A DNA stretch of 64,000 nucleotides. It comes from Zootoca vivipara (Eukaryota). Within the stretch, counting starts at the first letter, position 1. Every line of letters begins with the position of its first letter. Positions 48,647 to 60,700 of this stretch are shown piece by piece. The stretch is from the NCBI RefSeq assembly GCF_963506605.1, contig NC_083289.1:27962001-28026000 (forward strand), read 5' to 3'. The position numbers were made by a program, and so were the translations under genes. The notes below the pieces were generated by a model that worked only from the letters and a program-made list of their open reading frames with translations, searched no databases and was not told where the DNA came from.

Positions 48647-51035
48647 GTCCCCACATGGTTAGCTTTTCAGAAGATATAATTGTACAAAAAGTTAAAATTT
48701 TGCTCTCCCTCCTTGCAGGTCTCCCCCCTTGAGAGTCTACGCATGCTGTGCCTGCTGTCCATCACAGAGAACGGTGGGTACTCTGTTGCAGGAGGAGGGG
48801 AGCAATGGGAGCATGCAGGGGTGTACTGCAGCGCATTCACCTCTCCTTTCTTCTGGTTGCTCCAGGGTTCGCCCCCAAGGACTATCGCTCCCTGAAAACC
48901 CAGTACCTCCAGGTGAGGCGGGAAGGGAGCAGCCCTCCTTTGGGCAGGAGGAGAGGGAAATTGGCTTTCCTGAGCCTCTGTAGCTGTACAGTTCCTCCTG
49001 GCTGGTGCTGGTCCTGCTGGCCTCCTGCTCCCCTTTGTTGTGATCCCCTGCGGTCCTCCTCGTCTTGGGACAGAGCATCCTCAGCAATGCCTCTGCCCTG
49101 ATGCTCATCTCCCCCCACCCTTCCCTGCTAGAGCTACGGACCAGAGCACCTGCTGACCTTCCATAACCTGAAGCACCTGGGGCTTCTGACAGAGCAGGTC
49201 CCAGGGGAGACCCTGACAGCCGTAGAGAACAAAGTCAGCAAGCTGGTGACAGACAGAGCGGCAGGTACAGCATCCTGCAGCAGCAGTTTCCCTTTGAAGC
49301 CTCTGTGTGGCCTGTGGAGGGGCATCCTGATGAGCCAGGAAGCAGCAGCTCCTCAGCAGAGCAGACAAGAGCTCAGTGCTCTTTCAAACCTTGTTGGCCC
49401 CAATGACCTGCTTCCTTTTGCCCTCCTCTTCCAGGGAAGCTCTCGGATGCCTTCAACTCACTGGCCAGGAAGAGCAATTTCCGAGGCATCAGCAAGAAGC
49501 TGGGACTAGTGAGTGCCATGGAGGGGAGGGGTGGAGCCGTGAGGTTGGTGTGGGGGAGCAAGGATCCTGATAAAACAAATCTCTCCCCCTGCTCCAGATC
49601 CCCCGTGTGGATGGGGAGTACAACCTGAAAGTGCCCCGGGACATGGCGTACGTCTTCAGCGGTGCCTACATCCCCCTGAGCTGCAAGTTGATAGAGCAGG
49701 TGCAAACCAGACTCCCCCCCCCTCTTCCCTTGTGGCCCTGGCCAGCCTCCCAAGAGAGGCCCCAGTGCCCATGTCCCTTATTGTGGCTTCTGCTAACTCT
49801 GCTGTCATCTTGGCTGCCTCATGCAGGTGCTGGAACGCAAGAGCTGGCTAGGCCTGGAGGAGGTGGTGCGGCTCCTCGGGGGAAATGAATTTTCTGTTGC
49901 AGGTCAGTGGCTGGGAGCACAGAGTGGGCAGCACCAACATGCTCTGTCAATGCTTTTTCACCCCGTGGGTTATCATTTCACCCACGTGTGATAACATACG
50001 TCCTCTAGGCATGGAGTGGCGTGGTGATTCGCCATAGCCTGAGCAGTACAGGAAGCTGTGGACGTTCCCTCTGTTGTATCTTTGGAGTGGTGGTTAGACA
50101 TTACTGTATACTCATTATTTTTTAAAAATGCACCATGCCTTCTTGACTTTTTGAAAAAACTTACCAAGGTGGTTAACACATTTTTGTAAAACACAACGTT
50201 ATCAAGCACCAGAGCTTGAAGCGAGGAAGGTGCTTCATACCATCTAGGACACTGACAGCAGCTCTCTGGGAATTGAGGCAGAGTTCCCCCCCCCAGCCCT
50301 CCCTGATATCACACACACACACACACACACACCCCTACCCCTGCTTCAGTTGTGTGTTCATGCCTGCCTGGAGCTTAAGCATTTCCTTGGAATTAAACTG
50401 AGGGAGACCAGCTGCATCCTTCTCTGTTCTCCTTGCAGATACCACTGTGGAGGAGAATCCTGCCTGGGACTCCCAGCGCATAGTTCTGGCCATCTTCTTA
50501 GGTGGCTGCACCTTCTCTGAGATCTCAGCTCTTCGCTTCCTTGGCAGAGAAAGAGGTAAAAGCAATCCCTGAGCCAGAGGCAGCAGCGGCTTGGGAACTG
50601 GCAGTGGGCCTGCCCTGGTTTATGATCCCAGATAACTGTTTGTTTGGCATAATACATCTTTTTAAATAGTATTTTAAATGTAAGAGGAAAGCAAGAATCT
50701 AGCCCTTATGAAGTTTGAAAAGGGGATCAGAAGCTGGAGAGGCCTCTCTGTATAGCTCCTTGTAATACATTGCTTAATAAATCATGCAGATAAGCAAACA
50801 CATGCAAGCTTCCTAAATTAACGTATTTTCAAGGCTTTGAATTTAGCTATTTTTGCCTCTCTTAGAGCAAGCCAGTAGAGGCTTTTGTTCTCACCAGACT
50901 CCAGGCAGCCTGTTTGCCTTTTGCAATTTCACCCTCTGGCTCCCCTTTTTTGCAGGGATCAGGTTCATTTTCCTGACGACAGCCATCACCAACAGTGCCC
51001 GGCTGCTGGAATCAATGATAGAAACAAGGGCATGA
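42313..51035 (+). CDS. VPS33B: Vacuolar protein sorting 33B (Sec1/Munc18 family, 617 aa, 23 exons)
   Basis: Exons 42313-42408, 42503-42583, 43003-43064, 43277-43326, 43994-44061 (GC donor), 44612-44657, 45163-45257, 45421-45525, 45850-45946, 46429-46506, 46684-46757, 46951-47037, 47126-47216, 47565-47639, 48282-48346, 48719-48773, 48866-48912, 49132-49264, 49435-49508, 49598-49699, 49827-49902, 50439-50555, 50956-51035; total 1854 nt. Starts [32 protein letters not shown] at 51445-51450. Confidence 0.97.
48482..48645 (+). mobile_element. Bov-B (RTE) LINE 3' end with (CAA)n tail
   Basis: GTCCATGGGGTCACGAAGAGTCAGACACGACTAAACGACTAAAC(AAC)n; 11-bp TSD AGTCCCCACAT. Confidence 0.92.
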
Positions 51036-51911
51036 GAGCTTCTGCAGCAAGGCATGGGTGATGGGCATACTTCAAGCAGCTGTGGCAGCCCTCGGATATT
51101 GCAGCAGTGCTACTTGGAAAGTCTCCCCACTGCTTCCTGTAGGCCAGCAGCTGGAGAGTTGTTTCTCTACCCAGCAAGAAATCTGGGCTTGGACGTCTCT
51201 TCCTTCTTGCTCAGCCCGCCCATGGCAGCCAACGGGCTGTGCTTTCAAGAGCTTGACTCTCCACTGCTTTGAACTTTGGGCTGCCTCCTGTCCAGTGAGA
51301 GGGCCTTTCCTTCACCCACCCTGGAGACACTTGGCCTTCCACTGCCCCCTTCCACTGCAACTCCTCCTGGCCTGCCATAGCACTGAGAGTATGCAGGGGG
51401 AGGTGGTCACCTGCAAATGTGACTCCTGCCAGTCTGAGCAGTGCAATAAAGATGTGTCTGGTAGCTGGTCTGAGCACCTGCTCTTTCTTCTTTCTCCCTC
51501 CATGTCAATATGGGGAAAGTGGGCTGGCAGGGAAACGGCTTCTTTTGTCATTGACTACCCGTTTTAAGGTGCTTTGGAGCTTCTGCCAACATATCAGCGA
51601 AGCCAACCAAGAAGCGGGTGGAGGGGAGGCAGGTGCTGTAGCTGTAGGGGAGTGGCACAAAGCCAGCTTTGAAGTGGGAGCAAGGAAGGGCCTTGGCCCC
51701 CAGGGAGACTACCTCAGCACACAGGAGAGAAGAGGAAGCCATTGCCGACCCTCTCCCCTCAACAAAGATGAGCCTTTTTCAGCCTCGGGGTCTGTGCAAG
51801 ATCCAAAAGAAAACTGAGCTGCAGTTGTCAAAATGACAACTCTACACAAATATTTACATTTATTACTAAGGTTTTATATGCTGTTTTTTAGTAAAAGTGT
51901 TGGGGCTAGGG

Positions 51912-52153
51912 CAGGGGTCAGCAAACTTTTCCAGCAGGGGGCCAGTCCACTGTCCCTCAGACCTTGTGGGGGGCCGCCGGACTATATTTTGAAAAAAAAT
52001 AATGAACAAATTCCTATGCCCCACAAATAACCCAGAGGTGCATTTTAAATGAAAGGACACATTCTACTCATGTAAAAACATGCTGATTCCCGGACCATCT
52101 GCAGGCTGGATTTAGAAGGCAATTGGGCCCAGGGCCTTAGTTTGGGGACCCTG
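51912..52153. mobile_element. hAT non-autonomous element
   Basis: CAGGGGTCAGCAAACT...AGTTTGGGGACCCTG; TSD GGCTAGGG / GGCTGGGG. Confidence 0.85.
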
Positions 52154-53543
52154 GGCTGGGGATACATAAAAATAAAAACTCCAAATAAAATAGATCAAGA
52201 CATAAAAGCATAAGAGTGAAAAAGCAACAGAGAAGGGAGGTTCCCAAATATCTGAAATTCCACCTCCTTCCCTACAGACCACCTCGGGGGCAGTGGAGGC
52301 TCTCTTGGTAGTTCCTCCACCCTCAAAGACATGGGGGGGGGCAGCCCAGATGTGGGCCTTCTCTGCAACAGTCCCTAAGCTGTAGAACTCCCTACAGAGG
52401 TGCATCCAGTGCCTTCATTGTACAGCTTTTGGATAATGCTGAAGATGCACTTCTTTGTCCTAGCTTTTGACATTTGAGGTGTGTTAATTTTATGGTTGTA
52501 AGTTGTTTTACTGTATATTGTTTTTTTAATATTGTTAATGCTGTAACCTACGCTGTGACCTCAGGGTGAAAGACAGGTAAATAATAAAAGAGGAGGAAAA
52601 AGAGGAACCCCACCCACCCCACACCCTCTTTAGAAGAGGCAGAAGGGATGAGAGGAACTGTCACTGTACGAAACAACTGTGCATAATGGTGCAAAGAAAG
52701 CTCATTGCTGGTGTATTGCGGAAGATAAGAGTCAGAGGCCTTTTCAGACCTTTGGCCAAATGAGACCCTAGTACGGTATGAGCCCAGCCTTGTCACAACA
52801 GCACTTTTCTCTATCTGCTTGTTTTCGCAACTTTCTTTGCTGCAGGAGAAGCTGCCTACTCAGACAAGGTGTGGATATTTTTCCCTTGGGAAGGAAAGTG
52901 AGTAATCCAATGCACAAGCTACAGCAAGGAGTGCAGAGAATGGCTGGCCGCCAGATCCTATAGTCATGGGGATGGGAGACTCAGGCGGAAGAAACACAAC
53001 CCTCGGAAGGAAATGCACCAAAAATAGAAAGGATAGCAAGACTGGCAGTGCCCACCAAGCATCAGCTGCCAGAGTCGTGACACCCCATGGAGGGTGGCAG
53101 CCCCAGGACCATCTTCCCCCTTTGGCATACACAGCAATGGCACTCCAGCATTCCCTTCCTATGGCAATGGTAGTAGTGCTTGCCACCCGCTGTGCAAGCA
53201 AACAGGAGTGCAATTGCAAGTTACCCCATTTTTGGGAGGAACAGCACAACACAGCACAGACTTTGGTCCTTTGGCAGAAGAGATGCACAGCCTTGTGGAC
53301 AAGCACTCAAGACCCCCTGAAGGGGAAAGAGTGCCTTTGTAAAAAATGCTGGGCAATGCAAAACGCTGGTCGTTGGTGCCCACTGGGACTGGCAGGAAGA
53401 CCAAGACCAACCAGAGCCAATTTTTCTTTTATTCATTACATTTCTAACCCATCTTTCTTCCCCCAATGATATCAAGACAGTGCATGTGGTTCTACCCGCT
53501 TCTCCATTTTACCCTCAGAACAACCCTGCGAGGTAGGTTAGAT

Positions 53544-53679
53544 CAGGCATCCCCAAACTTCGGCCCTCCAGATGTTTTGGACTACAATTCCCATCTTCCC
53601 TGACCACTGGTCCTCTTAGGTAGGGATCATGGGAGTTGTAGGCCAAAACATCTGAAGGGCCGCAGTTTGGGGGTGCCTG
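53544..53679. mobile_element. Palindromic hAT MITE nested in an older SINE
   Basis: Perfect TSD GGTTAGAT; the flanks rejoin into the SINE also seen at 11570-11780. Confidence 0.92.
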
Positions 53680-53803
53680 GGTTAGATTGAGAGCAGTCAT
53701 AGAATGGTGGGAGCAGCCTGAGATCACCTAGTGAGCTCCATGGCTGAGCCGAGACTTAACCTCTAATAAAGCACACTGGCGCTCTAGGACTGACAGGCTA
53801 GAA

Positions 53804-53938
53804 CAGGCTTCCTTAACCTCGGCCCTGCAGATGTTATTGGTCTACAACTCCCATGATCCCAGCTAGCAGGACCAGCGGTCAGGGATGATGGGAATTGTAG
53901 TCTGAAAACATCTGGAGGACCGAGATTGAGGAAGCCTG
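53804..53938. mobile_element. Palindromic hAT MITE
   Basis: CAGGCTTCC...GGAAGCCTG; perfect TSD GGCTAGAA. Confidence 0.92.
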
Positions 53939-54269
53939 GGCTAGAACCACCCTCTGGTCATCAGGAAGGAGGCAGACAAGTGGGGGGGGGTAGCCTGAGG
54001 GTGTGGGGCACTGCCCCATTTGCCTCCATGGCCCACAAAAGGGTTCCCGGGGCTATGGCAACTGCTCCCTCCGCGTTGGCTGCAATCGCCTGGCCGTTGC
54101 CGTTTTCCTCCCCTCCCCCTGGCCTGGGCAGAGACCAGGGGATGGCTGGGTGGCACCCCGTCCCTCCCCTCCAACAAAATCAGTGCGCATTCCGGGGAAT
54201 CCCCGGGCCAGTTTTGCAGAGGGGGAACGCCCGGCCCCCACCCTATTTTAAAAGCAGGGGCTGGAAAAG

Positions 54270-54713
54270 CCGGTAGGCGGGTCCACACTCCAATCCATGA
54301 TCCGCAGGACCGGGCCGGCTCCTCCTCAGCAGCGGAGATGCTTGACGCATTGAGATTCGCCTCGCGCCGAGCACCAGACTTGGACAATTGTTACGTTCCT
54401 TCCTTCTACGTTGCTACCCTCCGATAGGCTACAGTGAAAACAGCGCTTCCATCTCATTGGGCAGAACGAACGCTCGGACGGAATAAACGCCAGGGAGGTG
54501 TCGTCCGTCTGGCAGTTGGGGGCGTGGCGGCGCCTTATACGGAAGCCAATCAGGGGGCCGCGGGGTAGAGTTTGAATCCTAGGCGGAGGCGCAACGGCTA
54601 GCGGAGTTGTGCGACGTGGAGCCGAATAAGCAGCGGCGGTGGCAGCAGCAGCGAGGAAAAGAGAGCAAGAGGGAGAGAAGTGGGCTGGCTGACCTTGGCG
54701 GATACCCGCGGCC
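54270..54713 (+). promoter_or_regulatory. PRC1 cell-cycle promoter with CHR and CCAAT boxes
   Basis: CpG island; CHR TTTGAA at 54571-54576 preceded by GC-rich CDE-like sequence; CCAAT at 54546-54550, ATTGG at 54456-54460. Confidence 0.82.
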
Positions 54714-57700
54714 ATGAGGAAGAGGTGGGCATTTGGAGGACGAAGTAGGGGGCGCTCTCTGGTTCGCAGGCGGCTGCCCGTCCGGTGTAACTCCGCAGTC
54801 GCCTCGCTGCGAGCCAGGTTGGCCAGGGGCGGCCTCTGCCCCGGAGCGTCGCTCTCTTCCCACCAGGTGGCTGGTCGTTCATGGGGAGGGTTCCTTCCCC
54901 CCCCCCTCTCCGCCCCTGACGGACTACCTTCCCTCTCTCGCAGCGAGGTTTTGGCCAGCGAGTCGGTGGCCTGCCTGAACCAGGCGCTGTTCCAGCTGCG
55001 CGAAATCTGGGAGGAAATCGGCATCCCCGAGGACCAGCGCCTGCAGCGCACCGAAGTGGTGAAGAAGCATGTCAAGGTGAGCAGGGCCGAGAGATGCTGC
55101 CAGCTGAGCAAGGGCGAGGCCATGGGATGCCTTATGCTGACTCAGAGCAGTGGCCCATCTCCCCCAGCGTTGGCTGCACTGACTGGCAGCAATGGCTGTT
55201 CAGGGTTTCAGACAGGGTCTTCTCGCAGCCTGACCTGGGGGTTGGACTTTCTGCATACAAAAGCAGGTGCACTGTCACTGAGCTGACATGGTCCTTTCCT
55301 ACCAGGGCTGGCATAGATATTAGGCAGGGTGAGGCTGCTTCATAGCCCCATGTGTGGCAGGGTGGGGCGCTGCAGTTGGAGGCAGGGTGGCATTTTCCAT
55401 TTTGCCTCAAGTGACTAAATGAGACACGCCATTCCTGTTTCCCATTGCACTGCTCAATCAGGTGCTGCTGGGCTACAACTTACTCCCTCCCCAGTTAGCT
55501 TAGGTAGTGATCAGAGAGGCTGATGGCAGCTGTAGGTCCAACAATATCTGGAGACTGAAAATTGAAAAAAAATGCTGTTCTGGAGCAGGGGCTCCCAAAT
55601 TGTCTGAGGCTCTTCATTTAGATCACTGTGGCATGTCTACTTTAACTGTTCATAACAATTTTTAACCATAATTTTATTGCTTGTTTCATTTGTTTGTGTT
55701 CTTCATATTTTGTTGTAATGCTATCTATCTGTTCTTTGATTTATATACCACCCTTCATCTCAGAGCAGAATACTGTAAACCGCGGAATAAAATCATACAG
55801 CATCTGACAATAGAGCATTACAATTGCTACAGCAGGTGGAAAAATCATTAAGCAGTCTGGGCGGGGGGGAACAGAGAATAGGGGAGGCTCACCTGGCCTC
55901 ACGGTTCAAGGTCAAGACCTGTAAGATGAGTGCCTTAGTACTTTGGTCCAGGAAAGTGCCTTACTACTTTGGTCCATCTAGCTCAGTATTATTCACTGGC
56001 AACAACTCTTCAAGGTTTCAACTTTCCCAGCCCTACCTGGAGATACCAAGGATTGAACACCTGCATGTAAAGCAGGTGTTCTACCAGAACTGTGGCCCTT
56101 CTCATCCTATAGTAGCCACTGAGGTGCCCGAATGTAAAGCCCATAAGCCAGGCAATAGCACAAGAGCTCTGTTGCCTGCCCCTGCTCCCCTGCAACTGGT
56201 GCACTGTCAAAGGCTTACTGCACCCAACACTGGAGGGTTAACTATAGTATACAGTGGTACCTCGGTTTATGAACACAATTGGTTCCGGAAGTCTGTTCAT
56301 AAACTGAAGCGAACTTTCCCAATGAAAGTAATGGAAAGTGGATTAATCTGTTCCAGACGGTCCATGGAGTACTTAAACTGAAGCATTCATAAACTGAAGC
56401 GAACTTTCCCATTGAAAGTAATGGAAAGTGGATTAATCCGTTCCAGACGGGTCCGCGGAGTACTCAACCTAGTGTACTTAATCCGAAGCATGGGTGTAAT
56501 TGGTTCTGGAAGTCTGTTCATAAACTGAAGCATTCATAAACTGAAGCGAACTTTCCCATTGAAAGTAATGGAAAGTGAATTAATCCGTTCCAGATGCGTT
56601 CTAAGATGCAGGAACCAAAACAACCTCACAGTCCAAGTTCAGCTGTGTGCCACATTTGTATGAAGATGTTACAATATAAGCAATTTTATTTTTAGCCCCT
56701 GTCCTAACAGTTTCTCTTTGGTGAAGGACTTGTGCATGATCTTCACGAAAAAATATGCCCAAACGTATGGCGCTTTCTTGGGAATGATCAGCGGGGGCCT
56801 CTGACATGCTCTACTGATGTGGAGCTGCAAGCATCAGGGGAGGGGGTTTGTCTCAGACACTCTGCAGCTGCTGTAGTGTCCTTGCTTGCTCTGGGTTCAA
56901 TGCTGCCTGCTCTTGTGCCACCAGGGCTTGCTGGACATGATGATTGCGGAGGAGGAGAACCTCAAAGAGCGTCTCCTGAAGAGCATTGCAGTGTGTCGCA
57001 AGGAATTGGTGGTCCTCTGCAAGGAGCTACAACTGGCTCCTTTTGAGGTGAGGCTGTGGGCTGGCGAATGTGGCTCAGATGCCAGCTCTTAGAGGGTGGT
57101 CCTGCTGAGCTCAGGGGGACTGTTTTTCTCGCAGGAGGATGAGGAGACCACCATCCTGCAGCTAGAGAAGGACCTGCGCACCCGTGTGGAAGTAATGCTG
57201 AAGCAAAAGCGGGAGAGGAAGCAGGAGCTGAAGGTGCTGCAGGAGCGAGACCGGGAGATGTGTGACCTGCTCTGCACAGCTCCCTATGACATCAACACTG
57301 AGGCTGTACCCAGCCTGGCGGAGCTGGACCACTTCCGGCGCCACTTGGCAGGACTAGCAACCGAAAAGGTGGGCACACTTTGTGTGTGCATGAGCAAAGG
57401 GGGGGGGGCTGAGGTTGGGGCTTGATGGGTAATGTCCTGCTTTGTCCTGCTCCTCCAGGAGCGCCGGCAGAAGGAGTTTCTCGACACCAAGAGGCAGATC
57501 ATCCTGTGCATGGAGGAGCTGGAGCACACCCCGGACACCAGCTTTGAGCGAGATGTTGTGTGTGAGGAGGAGGAGGCCTTCTGTCTCTCGGAGGAGAACA
57601 TTGCTGCCCTGAAGGATCTCTTGCAGCAGGTCAGAGGGTGGGGTCTGGGGGAAGGGTCTGGGGGGCTTTGCCTGTGACATCCCATCTCTTCTGCTGCCTT

Positions 57701-60700
57701 TAGTTTGTCTCAGGCTGGTCTTTCTGTCCCTAGCTCGAGAGCAGGAAAGTTCAGAAGGAAGCCTTGTGCCAAGAGCTGCGTTCCAGGATTCGGGTGCTGT
57801 GGGAGCGGCTGCAGGTGCCTGCGGAGGAAAGGGAAGCCTTTGCCCCCTACATGGTGGGAGCCAAAGCCGCCATCATGGATGCTGTAAGAAATACTAAAGG
57901 CCTGAGGCCTCGGACCAGCAGCAGTGGTCCCTGTGCCAAGCCAAGAGGGAGAAGGCGTGCTTCGTGCTGGGCTGTTGGGCTCAGGATCAAAGGGGAGCTG
58001 TATCAAACCTTCTTCTGCCTGCTCTGAATCCCAGTGCACCATGAGAGAGCCCCCCTCATGTTCTGTGGTGCACGTAGGGGGGAGAGGGGGTCAGCGCCAT
58101 CAGGGCATGTGTTGACCCTTTGCTCTTCCCCATCTAGCTGCAACTGGAAGTGGATCGCTTGCAAGAGCTGAAGTTTCAGAATATCAGAAATGTGGTGGAA
58201 GCCACCCGGGCCGAGCTGGCAGACTACTGGGACAAGTGTTTTTATGGGGATGAGCAGAGGCGAGCCTTCTGCCCCTACTATGAAGGTGAGCAAGTAGACC
58301 CCCCCCCCCAAGCTGTTGCTGCTGGGTATAGATTGATTGGCTGTGGCCTCTTCCTACTGGGCATCCTGTTGTTTTCCTCCTCCTTCCCAGATGATTTCAC
58401 TGAAGAGCTGCTGCAGCAGCATGAAGAGGAAGTTTCCCGGATAAAGCAGTGCTACGAAAGGCATCAAGAGCTGTTTGAATCCATCCAGAAGTGGGAGACG
58501 AACTGGCGCCTCTTCCAGGAGCTTGAGGTACAGCCAGAAGCCACACAGGTGGCCAGATGTCTGGTGCTGGGCCAGGGGGGAAGCCACTGAGGGCCAGCCT
58601 AGGGTGGCTTCCCAAGCACAAGAGGCCAGCCCATTTCCCAACTTCTCCTTTTTCAGAGGAAGGCAACGGACCCCAGCCGCTTCACCAACCGAGGGGGTAA
58701 CCTTCTCAAAGAGGAGAAGCTGCGAGCGAAACTCCAGAAGACTCTTCCAAAGGCATGTGGCTCTTTCTGCCCTTGGGAGGGACTGAGGCAGAAGGCCAAC
58801 CAGCCTGCTGTTGGCTTTGCACCCTGGTTGTGTAGCTTAGCTGAAGCAAGTTGTCTCATTGCAGCTGGAGGAGGAGCTAAAGGGGCGCGTGGAGCTCTGG
58901 GAGCAGGAGCAAGAGCAGGCCTTCCTGGTGAATGGGCAGCGCTTCATGGAGTACGTGGCAGAGCAATGGCAGCTCCACCACTTGGAAAAGGAGAAGGAAA
59001 AGCAGGAGCGAGTGAGTGAACCAGCTGAGAGCCCTCAAGCAGCTTCCATCTCCGCATCACTTAACAAGGATCCCCTTGTCCTCCTTGCTTTAGCCTGAAA
59101 AATGGGCTCTTTTTCTCTTCTCTGGCTGGAGATCACAGGCGGCTTGGCCAAGGTCTCCAAAGGATGGGAATGAGCTGAACCATCCACACTGGGTGTTTGA
59201 GGCCTTGCTTTGTGTGTCTGAAGTACAGGGGAGAGGGGGATATACTTTAGAGCAATGGTCCCAAAGTTGACACATGCTGCTGCAAGAACCACCCAGTAAT
59301 TTGAAGCTTAAAATTAGCTGCTGGGCTTTCTTGGGCAACCTGAGCAGGAGTCATCAGTACCCCTCTGGCAGTGGGTAGGTAGGCTGAAGAGAAGATGCCT
59401 GCAGAGGACTTCAGTCCTACCAGTCTTGTAGCCAGACATGAAGGACTTCTTGTTGCCTTCCCTTTTTGTGGCTAATCTAACTCACTTGCTCACCATCCCC
59501 TTCTGGGGCTTCTGTGGATACCAACCACCCCTATTCCTTTTTCTTCCAGCAACTCAAGAAGTCCCGCCAGATTGAGGAGGAGATGATGTATGGCAGCACC
59601 CCATCAAGGACCCCCAACAAGAGACGGGGGTTGGGCTGCATCACACCCAGCAAAGTGCGGAAGGTCCGTTTTGCCATGTGTTGCTTCATGCAGAAGAGGC
59701 ACTTTGTTTGTTCCCTAGTACCACATGTGCAATGAATTATGAATTTTGGTATTTTTTTTTAGTTATTCTTGAAATAGTTATGGGATGGCAGTGTGGCTTT
59801 TGTTGAGCATTTCGGTTGTAAACAGCCTCAAGTACAGTAATGTAGAAAAGTGGTGTACAAATTAGCAATGAAATATAAATGCTGGAAATGCAAGCATTAG
59901 TGCAATAAAACCAAATGATTTTCATTGACCAAGGAAAAATGCCCAAGGAGCCCGAGAATTGAGAATCCCTCACAGCGGCTGCAAGAACCTGTTTTTGCAA
60001 AATACTGGGTAGAAACACAAATTCCAGGAATAGCTGAGATAAAAAGCAAAGATGTGTGAATCACAAAGCTCACACAAGAGGAAAGGAGGCAAACCTAATA
60101 AATTTATGCAGAGCTACAGTATGTTTACTGATTGATAGTCTAGCAAGGTATACTCCTCAGGAGATGGTGTAATAATAAATAACATAACTATAACCCTTTA
60201 TTAATCCTGACCTTTTGCACAATATTTTCTTTTATTAAAAAAACACAAATCTTATGGTGCAGCCACATCCAGAGCATTATGCACAGTTCTGCTTGCTCTT
60301 AATATGCATCCATATACCCTTCCAATCTTGATAGGGTTGGAGATGGTATATATATATTATAAAGCACTGCACCTCCACTGTGAAGAAATGTTTTATTGCT
60401 AGATGCTTGGGGTGGGAAAAAAAGAGTGTTTTTGCCACATGGAGTTAGGGAGAGCGCACTTGTGTTAACTCATGGCTTTTTCTTGCAGCTTAACACCACA
60501 GCTACCCCGAACAGCACCATCCGTTCAGCATTTGGGGGCTCTCTGTTCCACTCCCCAACACCCCACCCAGCACTCTCTGGAGCAAAAGTAAGCAGCAGCA
60601 GCTGGTATCTATTTCCAACATTAAGTCCTGGGTGCAAATCTTTTTTATAGCTACACATGGACCCAAGAGGGAAATTATCAGCAAGTGCTGGGGGCAACCT

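Noticed and set aside
54326-55123. 265-aa minus-strand ORF
   Set aside because: Antisense to the PRC1 CpG island and exons 1-2; no protein-like features.
55824-56381. 185-aa ORF in PRC1 intron 2
   Set aside because: Non-ATG start, runs through SINE and transposon remnants, and has no domain.
56296-56595. Repeat-spacer pattern as a CRISPR array
   Set aside because: Vertebrate intron, 63-bp units with related spacers inside a DNA transposon, and no cas genes.
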